Shown: piece after piece, positions 13,620 through 23,239 of the stretch | How positions within the stretch are numbered: position 1 is the stretch's first letter | How the letters are laid out: every line of letters starts with the position of its first letter | Assembly (NCBI RefSeq): GCF_964213995.1 | Contig: NC_135808.1 | Span: forward strand, 91,760,001 to 91,824,000 | Direction of reading: 5' to 3' | Length of the DNA stretch: 64,000 nt | Origin: Mustelus asterias | Lineage: Eukaryota | The notes under the pieces: model-generated | Seen by the model: only the letters and a program-made list of their open reading frames with translations | What the model was told of the DNA's origin: nothing | Database searches by the model: none | Made by a program: the position numbers and the translations under genes

Positions 13620-13686
13620 CCTCCTTCTCCCTCTGCAGCCACAGTCGGTTCAGTTTCCCCAGCTGTTTTTCTTCATTGCGGGCCAT
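13620..13686 (-). CDS. ISY1-like N-terminal domain protein (si:dkey-86e18.1-like), exon 1
   Basis: MARNEEKQLGKLNRLWLQREKE resembles the ISY1 start MARNAEKAM. GTAAAA donor; 67 nt, phase 1; in-frame TAG just upstream of the ATG. Confidence 0.85.
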
Positions 13687-13710
13687 CAGCTCCTACCATC
13701 GCACCAAGTT

Positions 13711-13843
13711 AGTCCTCCACATTCCCAGCATCCACCTCTCTGGTGCAGTCCTCCACATTCCCGACACCCTCCTCTCTCAGCAAGTCCTCCGCGTTCCCGG
13801 CATTCTCATCTTTCACTCAGTCCTCCGCCTTCCCGGCATCCTC
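13711..13843. repeat. 36-bp tandem repeat (~3.7 copies) immediately 5' of the ISY1-like start codon
   Basis: AGTCCTCC(A/G)C(A/G/C)TTCCC recurs at 13711, 13747, 13783, 13819. Confidence 0.85.
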
Positions 13844-13854
13844 AAGATAGGTTT

Positions 13855-13935
13855 GGTTCTGTCACGTGAGGGTGGAGGCTGGTATTATTTGAAGCTCCAA
13901 GTGTTTAATTTGAGTTTTCTCACGTGTAAGTGCGG
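13855..13935 (-). promoter_or_regulatory. Candidate promoter of the ISY1-like gene with two E-boxes
   Basis: GTCACGTGA at 13861-13869 and TCACGTG at 13920-13926 (USF/TFE-type), ~180-240 nt upstream of the ATG. Confidence 0.45.
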
Positions 13936-14317
13936 ATATCGAACTAAGAGACTGGCAAAAGCGTCCCAAGAGCTTCATACAACAAACCAGACAACACTAA
14001 ACAGTTCAAAGTATTAACACTGCTGTTGGCTGCAGGATTAACCCTTTCAGAATGTAACCATGGATCACCCAGAGACAGTTACCCATGTGCCCCCTCAGTG
14101 CTGAGTGGGAATGGAGGGATACAAAAGAATGGTCTAGTTTGGACCAGGGAGCGGCGTGGGCTTGGAGGGCCGAAGGGCCTGTTCCTGTGCTGTATTGTTC
14201 TTTGTTCTTTATGTATGGGAGATTTTTATGCTTGAAATTGCTCACTGCTCCACAACATCACCAGTGGCTGCTACCGAGAAGATGCCAGCTTGGTGATATT
14301 ATTGGAAATCTGAAATA

Positions 14318-14490
14318 AAAACAGAAAATGCTGGATAAATTCAGCAGGTCCGGCAGCATCGGAGGAGAGAAACAGAGTTAATGTTTTGGGTCTATATGAC
14401 CCTTCTGTGTGGACTTGAAATGTTAACTCTGTTTCTCTATCCACAGCTGCTGCCAGACCTACTGAGTTTATCCAGCATTTTCTGTATTTA
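14318..14490. repeat. Palindromic Penelope-derived element; relatives at ~8835-9000, 20650-20730, 35700-35770, 36005-36138, 36902-36993
   Basis: ACAGAAAATGCTGGATAAATTCAGCAGGTC...GACCTACTGAGTTTATCCAGCATTTTCTGT forms a long imperfect inverted repeat. Confidence 0.75.
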
Positions 14491-14879
14491 CTTCTTTATT
14501 CCACCAATATTTATATGGTGTGAGCTAAACCAGGCATGACCCACCGATAGGTAGTCCTGATAATGAAAACTTTTAAATTGAAACCATTTAAAGATGCATC
14601 TTGAAGATTTCAAGTGATAGAGCTAAGGCTATTTCCTTTGACAGATTGTTCCACTGTGGGATTGTCCTTGGGAAGAAATACTGTTGATACATTGTCTTGG
14701 AAACAAATGACCTTTGTAATTTGTGTGGATGACTACCTCATGTTTTGTCATTGCTGAAGGCCACTAGGTATTTCTGTCAATTCCTACCAGTCCATTCCAT
14801 AGTTTATAAAACGTGATCAATCTATTTTTTCCCCTTATTTGCTGCAATGATTCCACCTCCAAATCTTTAATCAAGGTTG

Positions 14880-15176
14880 CGACACTATCCTTGTGGATAT
14901 TGGTATATTTCCTGTACTGTTTCGTGCAGCATCATTCAGCATATCTTCGTGTCGCTTCAATTTTATTGATTACCCTTACTATATGAATATTCCATTCACA
15001 ACTCCCATACTCCAGGATTGGTCAAGCAAATGTTTGGTAAGATATAACTCTGATATTTTGTTGCAATACCAAAGATTCCTCCTCAGAAATCCCAAAATCA
15101 TGTTTGCTTTGGATGTTATCTCCTGAATGTGGAATCCCCATTGAAGATTGTCTTTTAAAATGAAACCCCAGGTATG
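14880..15176 (-). mobile_element. Old LINE RT fragment split by the young CR1 (continues at ~20227-20270)
   Basis: Joined flanks read DAKPYLGF...LQWGFHIQEITSKANMILGFLRRNL...LEYGS, typical of the post-RT region of CR1/L2-group LINEs. Confidence 0.7.
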
Positions 15177-16048
15177 TTTGGATTTAGTATCAGTTGTTTG
15201 GGTTTAATATCAGTTGTTTGGATTTAATATCAGTTGTTTGGATTTAGTATCTGTTGTTTGGGTTTAATATCAGTTGTTTGGGTTTAATCTCAGTTGTTTG
15301 GATTTAATCTCAGTTGTTTGGATTTAATATCAGTTGTTTGGATTTAGTATCAGTTGTTTGGATTTAATATCAGTTGTTTGGGTTTAATATCAGGTTTTTG
15401 GGTTTAATATCAGTTGTTTGGATTTAGTATCAGTTGTTTGGGTTTAATATCAGTTGTTTGGGTTTAATCTCAGTTGTTTGGGTTTAATCTCAGTTGTTTG
15501 GATTTAATATCAGTTGTTTGGATTTAGTATCAGTTGTTTGGGTTTAATATCAGTTGTTTGGGTTTAATCTCAGTTATTTGGATTTAGTATCAGTTGTTTG
15601 GGTTTAATCGCAGTTGTTTGGGTTTAATCTCAGTTGTTTGGATTTAATATCAGTTGTTTGGATTTAGTATCAGTTGTTTGGATTTAATATCAGTTGTTTG
15701 GATTTAGTATCAGTTGTTTGGGTTTAATCTCAGTTGTTTGGATTTAATATCAGTTGTTTGGATTTAGTATCAGTTGTTTGGATTTAATATCAGTTGTTTG
15801 GATTTAGTATCAGTTGTTTGGGTTTAATATCAGTTGTTTGGATTTAGTATCAGTTGTTTGGGTTTAATATCAGTTGTTTAGGTTTAATCTCAGTTGTTTT
15901 GGGTTTAATCTCAGTTGTTTGGGTTTAATATCAGTTGTTCTGGGTTTAATCTCAGTTGTTCTGGGTTTAATATCAGTTGTTTGGGTTTAATCTCAGTTGT
16001 TTAGGTTTAATCTCAGTTGTTTGGGTTTAATATCAGTTGTTAATATCA
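15177..16048 (+). repeat. 20-bp tandem array (~43 units) at the 5' end of the CR1
   Basis: GG(A/G)TTTA(A/G)T(A/C)TCAGTTGTTT repeated head-to-tail with no spacers. Confidence 0.95.
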
Positions 16049-16168
16049 GGGATTTGTTCCCAGGAGCAGGCTGAGGGTAAGAGAGTGGGTTTTCTGACTT
16101 TAATTAATTATTTATTTTTTTGTTTCCTTACACTCTTATTAACTTTTCACTGTCTTACTTGACATAAA

Positions 16169-17107
16169 GTGTCCAGTATGAGTGTGAAACCAGTGTGTTG
16201 TTCCCAGTGTAGGATGTGGGAGGTCCTGGAGGCATCTGGCCTCCCGGACATCCACATCTGTGAGGGGTGTGTCGAGCTGCGGTTCCTGAGGGACCGTGTT
16301 AGGGAGCTGGAACTGCAGCTCGAGGATCTTAGGCTGATGAGGGAGAATGAGGAGGTGATAGACAAGAGCTATCATCAGGTGGTCACACCAGGGCAACGGG
16401 AGGAGGCCAAGTGGGTGATGGCCAGGAAGGGTAAGGCTAGGGTGGTTGAGAGCACCCCAGTGGATTTGCCCCTGCACAACAAGTACTCCTGCTTGAGTAC
16501 TGCTGGGGGGGACAGCCCGCCTGGGGGAAGCAGCAGTGGCCGTGTCTCCGCAGTGGAGTCCAGCCCTGTAACTCAGAGGGCTAAGGAAAAGAGGAGGAAG
16601 GTGGTATTAATCGGGGACTCGATGGTGAAGGGGACAGACAGGCGTTTCTGCGGAGGTAGGCGGGATTCTCGCATGGTGGTCTGCCTCCCTGGGGCCGGGA
16701 TCCAGGATGTCGCTAGTCGCGTCCCGGAAATCCTGAGGTGGGAGGGAGAGGAGCCTGAGGTAGCGGTACATATTGGTACCGCTGATGTGGGTAGGAAGGG
16801 AGAAGGGGTCATGAAAAGGGAGTACAGGGAATTAGGGAGACAGCTGAGAAAGAGGAAAGCAAAGGTAGTAATCTCAGGATTACTGCCTGTGCCACGGGAA
16901 GGTGAGGGCAGGAATGGAGTGAGGTGGAAGATGAATGTGTGGCTGAGGGACTGGTGCAGGGGGCAGGGATTCAGGTTCCTGGACCATTGGGACCTCTTTA
17001 GGGGCAGGGGTGATCTGTATACAAAAAACGGGTGGAACTTGAATCACACGGGGACCAATATCCTGGCCGGTAGGTTGGCTAAAGTTACTGGGGAGAATTT
17101 AAACTAG
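16169..17107 (+). CDS. CR1 ORF1p (Cys zinc finger/leucine zipper + SGNH esterase-like domain)
   Basis: CxxC...CxxC then heptad LRDRVRELELQLEDL; VLIGDS, CLPGA, HIGT, VVISGLLPVPR motifs. The likely ATG is a few codons in (MSVK). Confidence 0.9.
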   Translation: MSSMSVKPVCCSQCRMWEVLEASGLPDIHICEGCVELRFLRDRVRELELQLEDLRLMRENEEVIDKSYHQVVTPGQREEAKWVMARKGKARVVESTPVDLPLHNKYSCLSTAGGDSPPGGSSSGRVSAVESSPVTQRAKEKRRKVVLIGDSMVKGTDRRFCGGRRDSRMVVCLPGAGIQDVASRVPEILRWEGEEPEVAVHIGTADVGRKGEGVMKREYRELGRQLRKRKAKVVISGLLPVPREGEGRNGVRWKMNVWLRDWCRGQGFRFLDHWDLFRGRGDLYTKNGWNLNHTGTNILAGRLAKVTGENLN

Positions 17108-17112
17108 ATAGG

Positions 17113-20100
17113 TTGGGGGGAGGGGAGCTAGAAGAGTTGACTAGGATCAAGGAACTAATTGATGGGGTGGAGGATGCAGGGGTAAGGGGAATTACAAAAT
17201 TAATGGTAGAGGAGAGGGTGCAAGTGAATGAAGGCGGTAATTTAGATAAGGGAGTAGAGGGAGAGGGTGTTCGCGACTCATCAAAGCGGGTCCAGATAAA
17301 AGCTGGAATAAGGACACTTTGCCTGAATGCACGAAGCATTCGGAACAAGGTATATGAGTTGATGGTGCAAATCAGCACGAGTGGGTACGATCTAGTGGCC
17401 ATTACAGAAACGTGGCTGAAAGGTGACCAGGACTGGGAGATGAATATCCAGGGGTATCAGGCGTTTAGGAAGAATAGACAGGAAGGAAAAGGTGGTGGGG
17501 TCGCGCTATTAATAAGAGATAATATCAGGGTAGTACTGAGGGATGACATAGGCTCTGAGGAACAAAACGTGGAATCATTATGGGTAGAGATGAGGAATAG
17601 TAGAGGGAGAAAGACACTAGTAGGTGTGGTATATAGGCCCCCAAATAATAATGTTGAGGTGGGGAGGGCTATAAACAAGCAGATAAGGGATGCGTGTAAA
17701 AACGGAACGGCAATAATCATGGGGGACTTCAACATGCACATTGACTGGCAGACTCAAGTCGGTAAGGGTGGAATGGAGGAAGAGTTCTTAGAATGCTGTC
17801 GGGATAGTTTCCTTGAACAGCATGTTACGGAACCGACGAGGGAACGAGCTATTTTGGATCTGGTATTGTGTAACGAGGTAGGTAGAATTAAGGATCTTAT
17901 TGTGAAGGACCCTCTTGGGTCTAGTGACCACAATATGGTCGAATTTCTGATTCAGATGGAAGAGGAGAAAGTTTGGTCCCAAACCAGTGTCCTCTGTTTG
18001 AACAGAGGGAAATATGATAGGATGAGGGATGAATTGGCTAAGGTAGACTGGGAGAGCAGGCTGGCAGGTAGGATAGCTGAGGAACAGTGGAGGATTTTTA
18101 AGGAGATCCTTTTCAGTTCTCAGCAAAAATATATTCCAGCAAAAAACAAGGATTGTAAGAAAAGGGAGAACCAGCCGTGGATAACGAAGGAAATAAAGGA
18201 GAGTATTAAAATAAAAACAGCTGCGTACAGAGTGGCCAAAAATAGTGGAGAAACAAGTGATTGGGAAAAATTTAAGAAACAACAAAGAGAGACTAAGAAA
18301 GCGATAAAGAAAGGAAGGATAGACTATGAAGCTAGGCTAGCAATTAATATAAAAAATGATAGTAAAAGTTTTTATAAATATATAAAAAGGAATAGAGTGG
18401 CTAGAGTGAATGTTGGACCCTTGGAGGACGAGAGGGGGGAGTTAATAGTGGGAAATGAGGATATGGCTGAGTCTTTAAATAAGTTTTTTGTGTCGGTCTT
18501 CACGGTGGAGGACACAAATAGTTTGCCAAATATTAACGATAGAGGGTTGGCAGCAGGAGAAATACTTAATACAATTAATGTAACCAGAGAGGCAGTGCTG
18601 GGTAGACTAATGGGACTGAAGGTGGACAAGTCCCCGGGTCCGGATGGAATGCATCCCAGGGTATTGAAAGAAATGTCAGAGGTAATAGTGGATGCGTTAG
18701 TGATTATTTATCAAAACTCGTTGCATTCTGGGGTAGTGCCGGTTGATTGGAAAACGGCTAATGTTACGCCGCTGTTTAAAAAAGGAAGGAGACAAAAGGC
18801 GGGTAACTATAGGCCGGTCAGCTTAACGTCTGTAGTAGGGAAAATGCTGGAATCCATTATTAAAGAGGAGATAGCAGGGCATCTGGATAGAAATGGTTCG
18901 ATCAATCAGACGCAGCATGGATTCATGAGGGGAAAGTCGTGCTTGACGAACATGTTGGATTTTTATGAAGATGTGACTAGGGCGGTTGATGGAGGAGAAC
19001 CGGTGGATGCGGTGTTTTTGGATTTCCAAAAGGCGTTTGATAAGGTGCCCCATAAAAGGCTACTGAAGAAGATTAGGGCACACGGAGTTGGGGGTAGTGT
19101 GTTAAAGTGGATTGGGGACTGGCTATCCGACAGGAAGCAAAGAGTCGGAATAAATGGGTGTTTTTCCGGTTGGAGGAAGGTAACTAGTGGCGTGCCGCAG
19201 GGATCGGTACTCGGGCCGCAACTATTTACCATTTATATAGATGATCTGGAGGAGGGGACGGAGTGTAGGGTAACGAAGTTTGCAGACGACACAAAGATAA
19301 GTGGAAAAGTGAATCGTGTGGAGGACGGAGAAGATCTGCAGAGAGATTTGGACAGGCTGAGTGAGTGGGCGAGGATATGGCAAATGGAGTATAACGTTGA
19401 GAAATGCGAGGTTATACACTTTGGAGGAAATAATAACAAATGGGATTACTATCTCAATGGAAACAAATTAAAACATGCTACCGTGCAAAGGGACCTGGGG
19501 GTCCTTGTGCATGAGACGCAAAAGCCCAGTCTGCAGGTACAACAGGTGATCAAGAAGGCAAATGGGATGTTGGCCTATATTGCGAAGGGGATAGAATATA
19601 AAAGCAGGGATGTCTTGATGCACCTGTACAGGGCATTGGTGAGGCCGCAGCTGGAATACTGTGTGCAGTATTGGTCCCCTTATATGAGGAAGGATATATT
19701 GGCATTGGAGGGAGTGCAGAGAAGGTTCACCAGGTTGATACCGGAGATGAGGGGTTTGGATTATGAGGAGAGGCTGAGGAGATTGGGTTTGTACTCGTTG
19801 GAGTTTAGAAGGATGAGGGGGGATCTTATGGAGACTTATAAGATAATGCGGGGGCTGGATAGGGTGGAGGCGGAGAGATTCTTTCCACTTAGTAAGGAAG
19901 TTAAAACTAGAGGACACAGCCTCAAAATAAAGGGGGGTCGGTTTAAGACAGAGTTGAGGAGGAACTTCTTCTCCCAGAGGGTGGTGAATCTCTGGAATTC
20001 TCTGCCCACTGAGGTGGTGGAGGCTACCTCGCTGAATATGTTTAAAGCGCGGATGGATGGATTCCTGATCGGTAAGGGAATTAAGGGTTATGGGGATCAG

Positions 20101-20118
20101 GCGGGTAAGTGGTACTGA
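17113..20118 (+). CDS. CR1 ORF2p (AP endonuclease + reverse transcriptase)
   Basis: CLNARS, AITETW, MGDFN, SDH (APE); KSPGPDG, NYRPVSLT, DFQKAFD, GVPQGSVLGP, KFADD (RT); TRGH...FFSQRVVNLWNSLP C-terminus. No stops over ~1000 codons. Confidence 0.95.
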   Translation: MGGGELEELTRIKELIDGVEDAGVRGITKLMVEERVQVNEGGNLDKGVEGEGVRDSSKRVQIKAGIRTLCLNARSIRNKVYELMVQISTSGYDLVAITETWLKGDQDWEMNIQGYQAFRKNRQEGKGGGVALLIRDNIRVVLRDDIGSEEQNVESLWVEMRNSRGRKTLVGVVYRPPNNNVEVGRAINKQIRDACKNGTAIIMGDFNMHIDWQTQVGKGGMEEEFLECCRDSFLEQHVTEPTRERAILDLVLCNEVGRIKDLIVKDPLGSSDHNMVEFLIQMEEEKVWSQTSVLCLNRGKYDRMRDELAKVDWESRLAGRIAEEQWRIFKEILFSSQQKYIPAKNKDCKKRENQPWITKEIKESIKIKTAAYRVAKNSGETSDWEKFKKQQRETKKAIKKGRIDYEARLAINIKNDSKSFYKYIKRNRVARVNVGPLEDERGELIVGNEDMAESLNKFFVSVFTVEDTNSLPNINDRGLAAGEILNTINVTREAVLGRLMGLKVDKSPGPDGMHPRVLKEMSEVIVDALVIIYQNSLHSGVVPVDWKTANVTPLFKKGRRQKAGNYRPVSLTSVVGKMLESIIKEEIAGHLDRNGSINQTQHGFMRGKSCLTNMLDFYEDVTRAVDGGEPVDAVFLDFQKAFDKVPHKRLLKKIRAHGVGGSVLKWIGDWLSDRKQRVGINGCFSGWRKVTSGVPQGSVLGPQLFTIYIDDLEEGTECRVTKFADDTKISGKVNRVEDGEDLQRDLDRLSEWARIWQMEYNVEKCEVIHFGGNNNKWDYYLNGNKLKHATVQRDLGVLVHETQKPSLQVQQVIKKANGMLAYIAKGIEYKSRDVLMHLYRALVRPQLEYCVQYWSPYMRKDILALEGVQRRFTRLIPEMRGLDYEERLRRLGLYSLEFRRMRGDLMETYKIMRGLDRVEAERFFPLSKEVKTRGHSLKIKGGRFKTELRRNFFSQRVVNLWNSLPTEVVEATSLNMFKARMDGFLIGKGIKGYGDQAGKWY

Positions 20119-20849
20119 TCCACGTCAGATCAGCCATGATCTTATTGAATGGCGGGGCAGGCTCGAAGGGCTAGATGGCCTACTCCTGCTCCTATTTCTT
20201 ATGTTCTTATGTTCTTATGTTCTTATGTATGGTTTTGCATCCACTATTGGAGAATTTGACTACACAACTTAAAGGAGATAGAATGTGGGGTTTAGGGAGA
20301 CTAGAGAACGGGGTTCTGGAAAGAGAGTAATATTCTGGAAAGCCAATTGGTGAAGGTTGATGCTGAAGTCAATCTTTACTCTGTCTTACATTTATTTACA
20401 GAGCAAACATTACAAGCAAATGCCTCCATGATGTGTCTCTATATGCTCAAGTGAAACCCCAATTATTACCGTCCATCTGCACATAATTAAACACAAATTT
20501 ATATACAAATAACAAGGTTATTGGATGGAGCAGAAGGAGACTGGGTTATTTGTTTGAGTCTTAACTGATGACATCTTTTTAGCATCAAAGGACAGAATAT
20601 CATGTGGGACAGATCAGTTGAATTCTTAAGTGCAATGTACAATAGGTTCACAGATGCTGTCAGACCCGCTGAATTTTTCCAGCATTTTGTGTTTTAGATT
20701 ACATTTCTACCATCCCCAGTTTTTTTACTGTATACAGTAGGATTTGGGGGTACAGTGATGATTTTCAGAAATTGCTAGTTGGTTGAATTGTCCATAATTA
20801 GACCAGTTCAAAGTGATCAGAAGCAGAAAATCTACAGCAGAGAAAAAAA

Positions 20850-21975
20850 CCATTCATTCAATCCATTGTGCCTGTGCCAGGCGAAAAAGGTTATCATGTC
20901 TAATTCCACATTCCAGTTCTTGATCCATAGTCCTATAGGTTACGGCAATTCATGTGCATATCTAATTTTCTAGTAATGCAATCAGGACTTTGCTTCTAGA
21001 AACCTTTCAGTGAGTTCCAGATTTCCATCACCTGGGTGAAAAATATCCTCAACTCCCCTCTAACTCTGCCAATTACTATAAACCTATTCCCCTTTGCGAC
21101 TGACCTCTCTGCTAAAAGAAATAGATCCTCCCTGCCACTCTAGTTGAGCCCTCATAATTTTATACACTCAGATAAGTTTTCCCTCAGTGTCCTTTGTTTC
21201 AAAGAAAACAACCTCAAGTTTTACTCATTGGAGATTTGCAAGGAACGTTACATTTTAACTATACTCGCTAGTACATTTCTCATCCATCCTGTAATTTGGT
21301 GACTACAACTGTGTCCAGTACTTCAGCATGTACCCTAACTAGTATTTTATACAGTTCTAGTATGATTAACCTCCCAGTCTTTATGCTTGATGCCTTGACT
21401 AATAAATGAAAATATCTCATAAGCTTTCTTGACCACCTGATCTCCCTGTCCAGCTACCTTCAGGAATCTGTAGAAAGACGCACTAAGATCCCAGTTTCCT
21501 CTGCACTTCTCAATATCCTGCCATTTATTGTGTATTCCCTTTCCGCCTTTGCACTCTCAAAATGCATTACCTCACACTTCTTCGATTGAATTTAATTAGT
21601 CAGTTTTCTGCCCACATGACCAGTTCGTTGCTTTCTTCTTGCAATCGACAGCTTTCTTTCAAGCACATAGCCATTGTTTGCATAATTTCCAAACCTCTTA
21701 ATTATGTCCCCTACATGTAAGTCCAAATCATTGATATATACCATCAAAAGCGTAGGAGCTACTACAGTTCTCTGAAGAACTCCATTGGAATCAATCTGCC
21801 AGTCACAACCCATCAACCAGTATCCTTGTTTCCTGCCGGTGAGTCTATTTTGGATCCAATTTTGACAGTTGAGCTTGGATATGGATTCTTAATTTTCTAA
21901 CCAGTCTGCTATATGGGACCTTGTCAAAAGCCTTGCAAAAATCCATGAAGACTTCACCAAATGTGCCACCCTCAA
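20850..21975 (-). mobile_element. Old CR1 ORF2 fragment
   Basis: Degenerate DFCKAFDKVP, VYINDLD and 3' end on the minus strand. Confidence 0.7.
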
Positions 21976-22715
21976 CACTGCAGCACAAGCCATTAGGCAA
22001 GGGATTCCACCAAATTCGCCAGTAAAGAGAACTGCTTTCATTTACAATAAAATATGTTCATGATCCCTTGTTGTAGTCATAGTCAAACATTCATCCAATA
22101 TGTTTAAATCTCTCATATCTTCTGTTAGAGAGGACAATCACAAACGATTATCATGTTAAAGGTTTAACAGGAAATTTCCATGGAAAAAATACACAAATAT
22201 ATTGAATTGCAAAAAATTACAAGTGCACCACCATTTTGTCCATTTATTTGTGCTTTTGCTACTTGATATTACTGAGACTATCCTTTGTGTTTAAAACTCT
22301 TTTCACTTGTGATACTGAACTACCTCAGTGCCAGTTTGTGAGGTTTCTGACTGGGGCTGTACTGATAGAGCCATTGATAAATGAAGTGGTATTCACCTCA
22401 GCAATGCCAACACTCCAGTGGACTTGCTCTAGTGCTACATCACTCGTGTATCCAATGTCTTCCTGGCCCAGACCACAATATCTCAATATCCTGCCATTTA
22501 TTGTGTATTCCCTTTCTGCCTTTGCTCTCGCAAAATGCATCATCTCACACTTCTTTGATTGAATTCAGTTTGTCACTTTTCTGCCCACATGACCAGTTCA
22601 TTGCTCTCTTCTTGCAATCCACAGCTTTCTACAATGTACTGTCACTGCCTTGAGAAGCAGTGACATTTGAACCTATTCCTTATAGCTCATTAGTGTTGGG
22701 GAATGGTTTGCACCA

Positions 22716-23166
22716 GATAAGACAATAAGACATAGGAGCAGAATTAGGCCACTCGGCCCATCGAGTCTGCTCCGCCATTCAATCATGGCTAATATTTTTC
22801 TCATCCCCATTCTCCTGCCTTTTCCCCATAACCCCTGATCCCCTTATTAATCAAGAACCTATCTATCTCTGTCTTAAAGACACTCAATGACCTGGCCTCC
22901 ACAGCCTTCTGCGGCAAAGAGTTCCACAGATTCACCACTCTCTGGCTAAAGAAATTCCTCTTCATCTCTGTTTTAAAGGATCGTCCCTTTAGCCTGAGGT
23001 TGTGCCCTCTGGTTCTAGTTTTTCCTACTAGTGGAAACATCCTCTCCACGTCCATCCTATCCAGGCCTTGCAGTATCCTGTAAGTTTCAATAAGATCCCC
23101 CCTCATCCTTCTAAACTCCAATGAGTACAGACCCAGAGTCCTCAACCGTTCCTCATACGACAAGCA
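22716..23166 (-). mobile_element. Young 5'-truncated CR1
   Basis: ORF 22801-23163 SYEERLRTLGLYSLEFRRMRGDL...; 3' UTR and short tail. Confidence 0.9.
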
Positions 23167-23239
23167 CTATAGATCAGGCACTATAGTTAAAAAATGAGTT
23201 GTGAAAACCTGGGCAAAGCTGTCCTTCAGGACATTTATG

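Larger units (their letters stand above)
15177..20226 (+). mobile_element. Apparently full-length, intact CR1 LINE
   Basis: Two intact ORFs, (TTCTTATG)n 3' tail, and GTATG duplicated at 15172-15176 and 20227-20231. Confidence 0.93.

Noticed and set aside
15177-16048. 20-bp array as a CRISPR array
   Set aside because: Units are contiguous with no unique spacers, the context is eukaryotic, and there are no cas genes.
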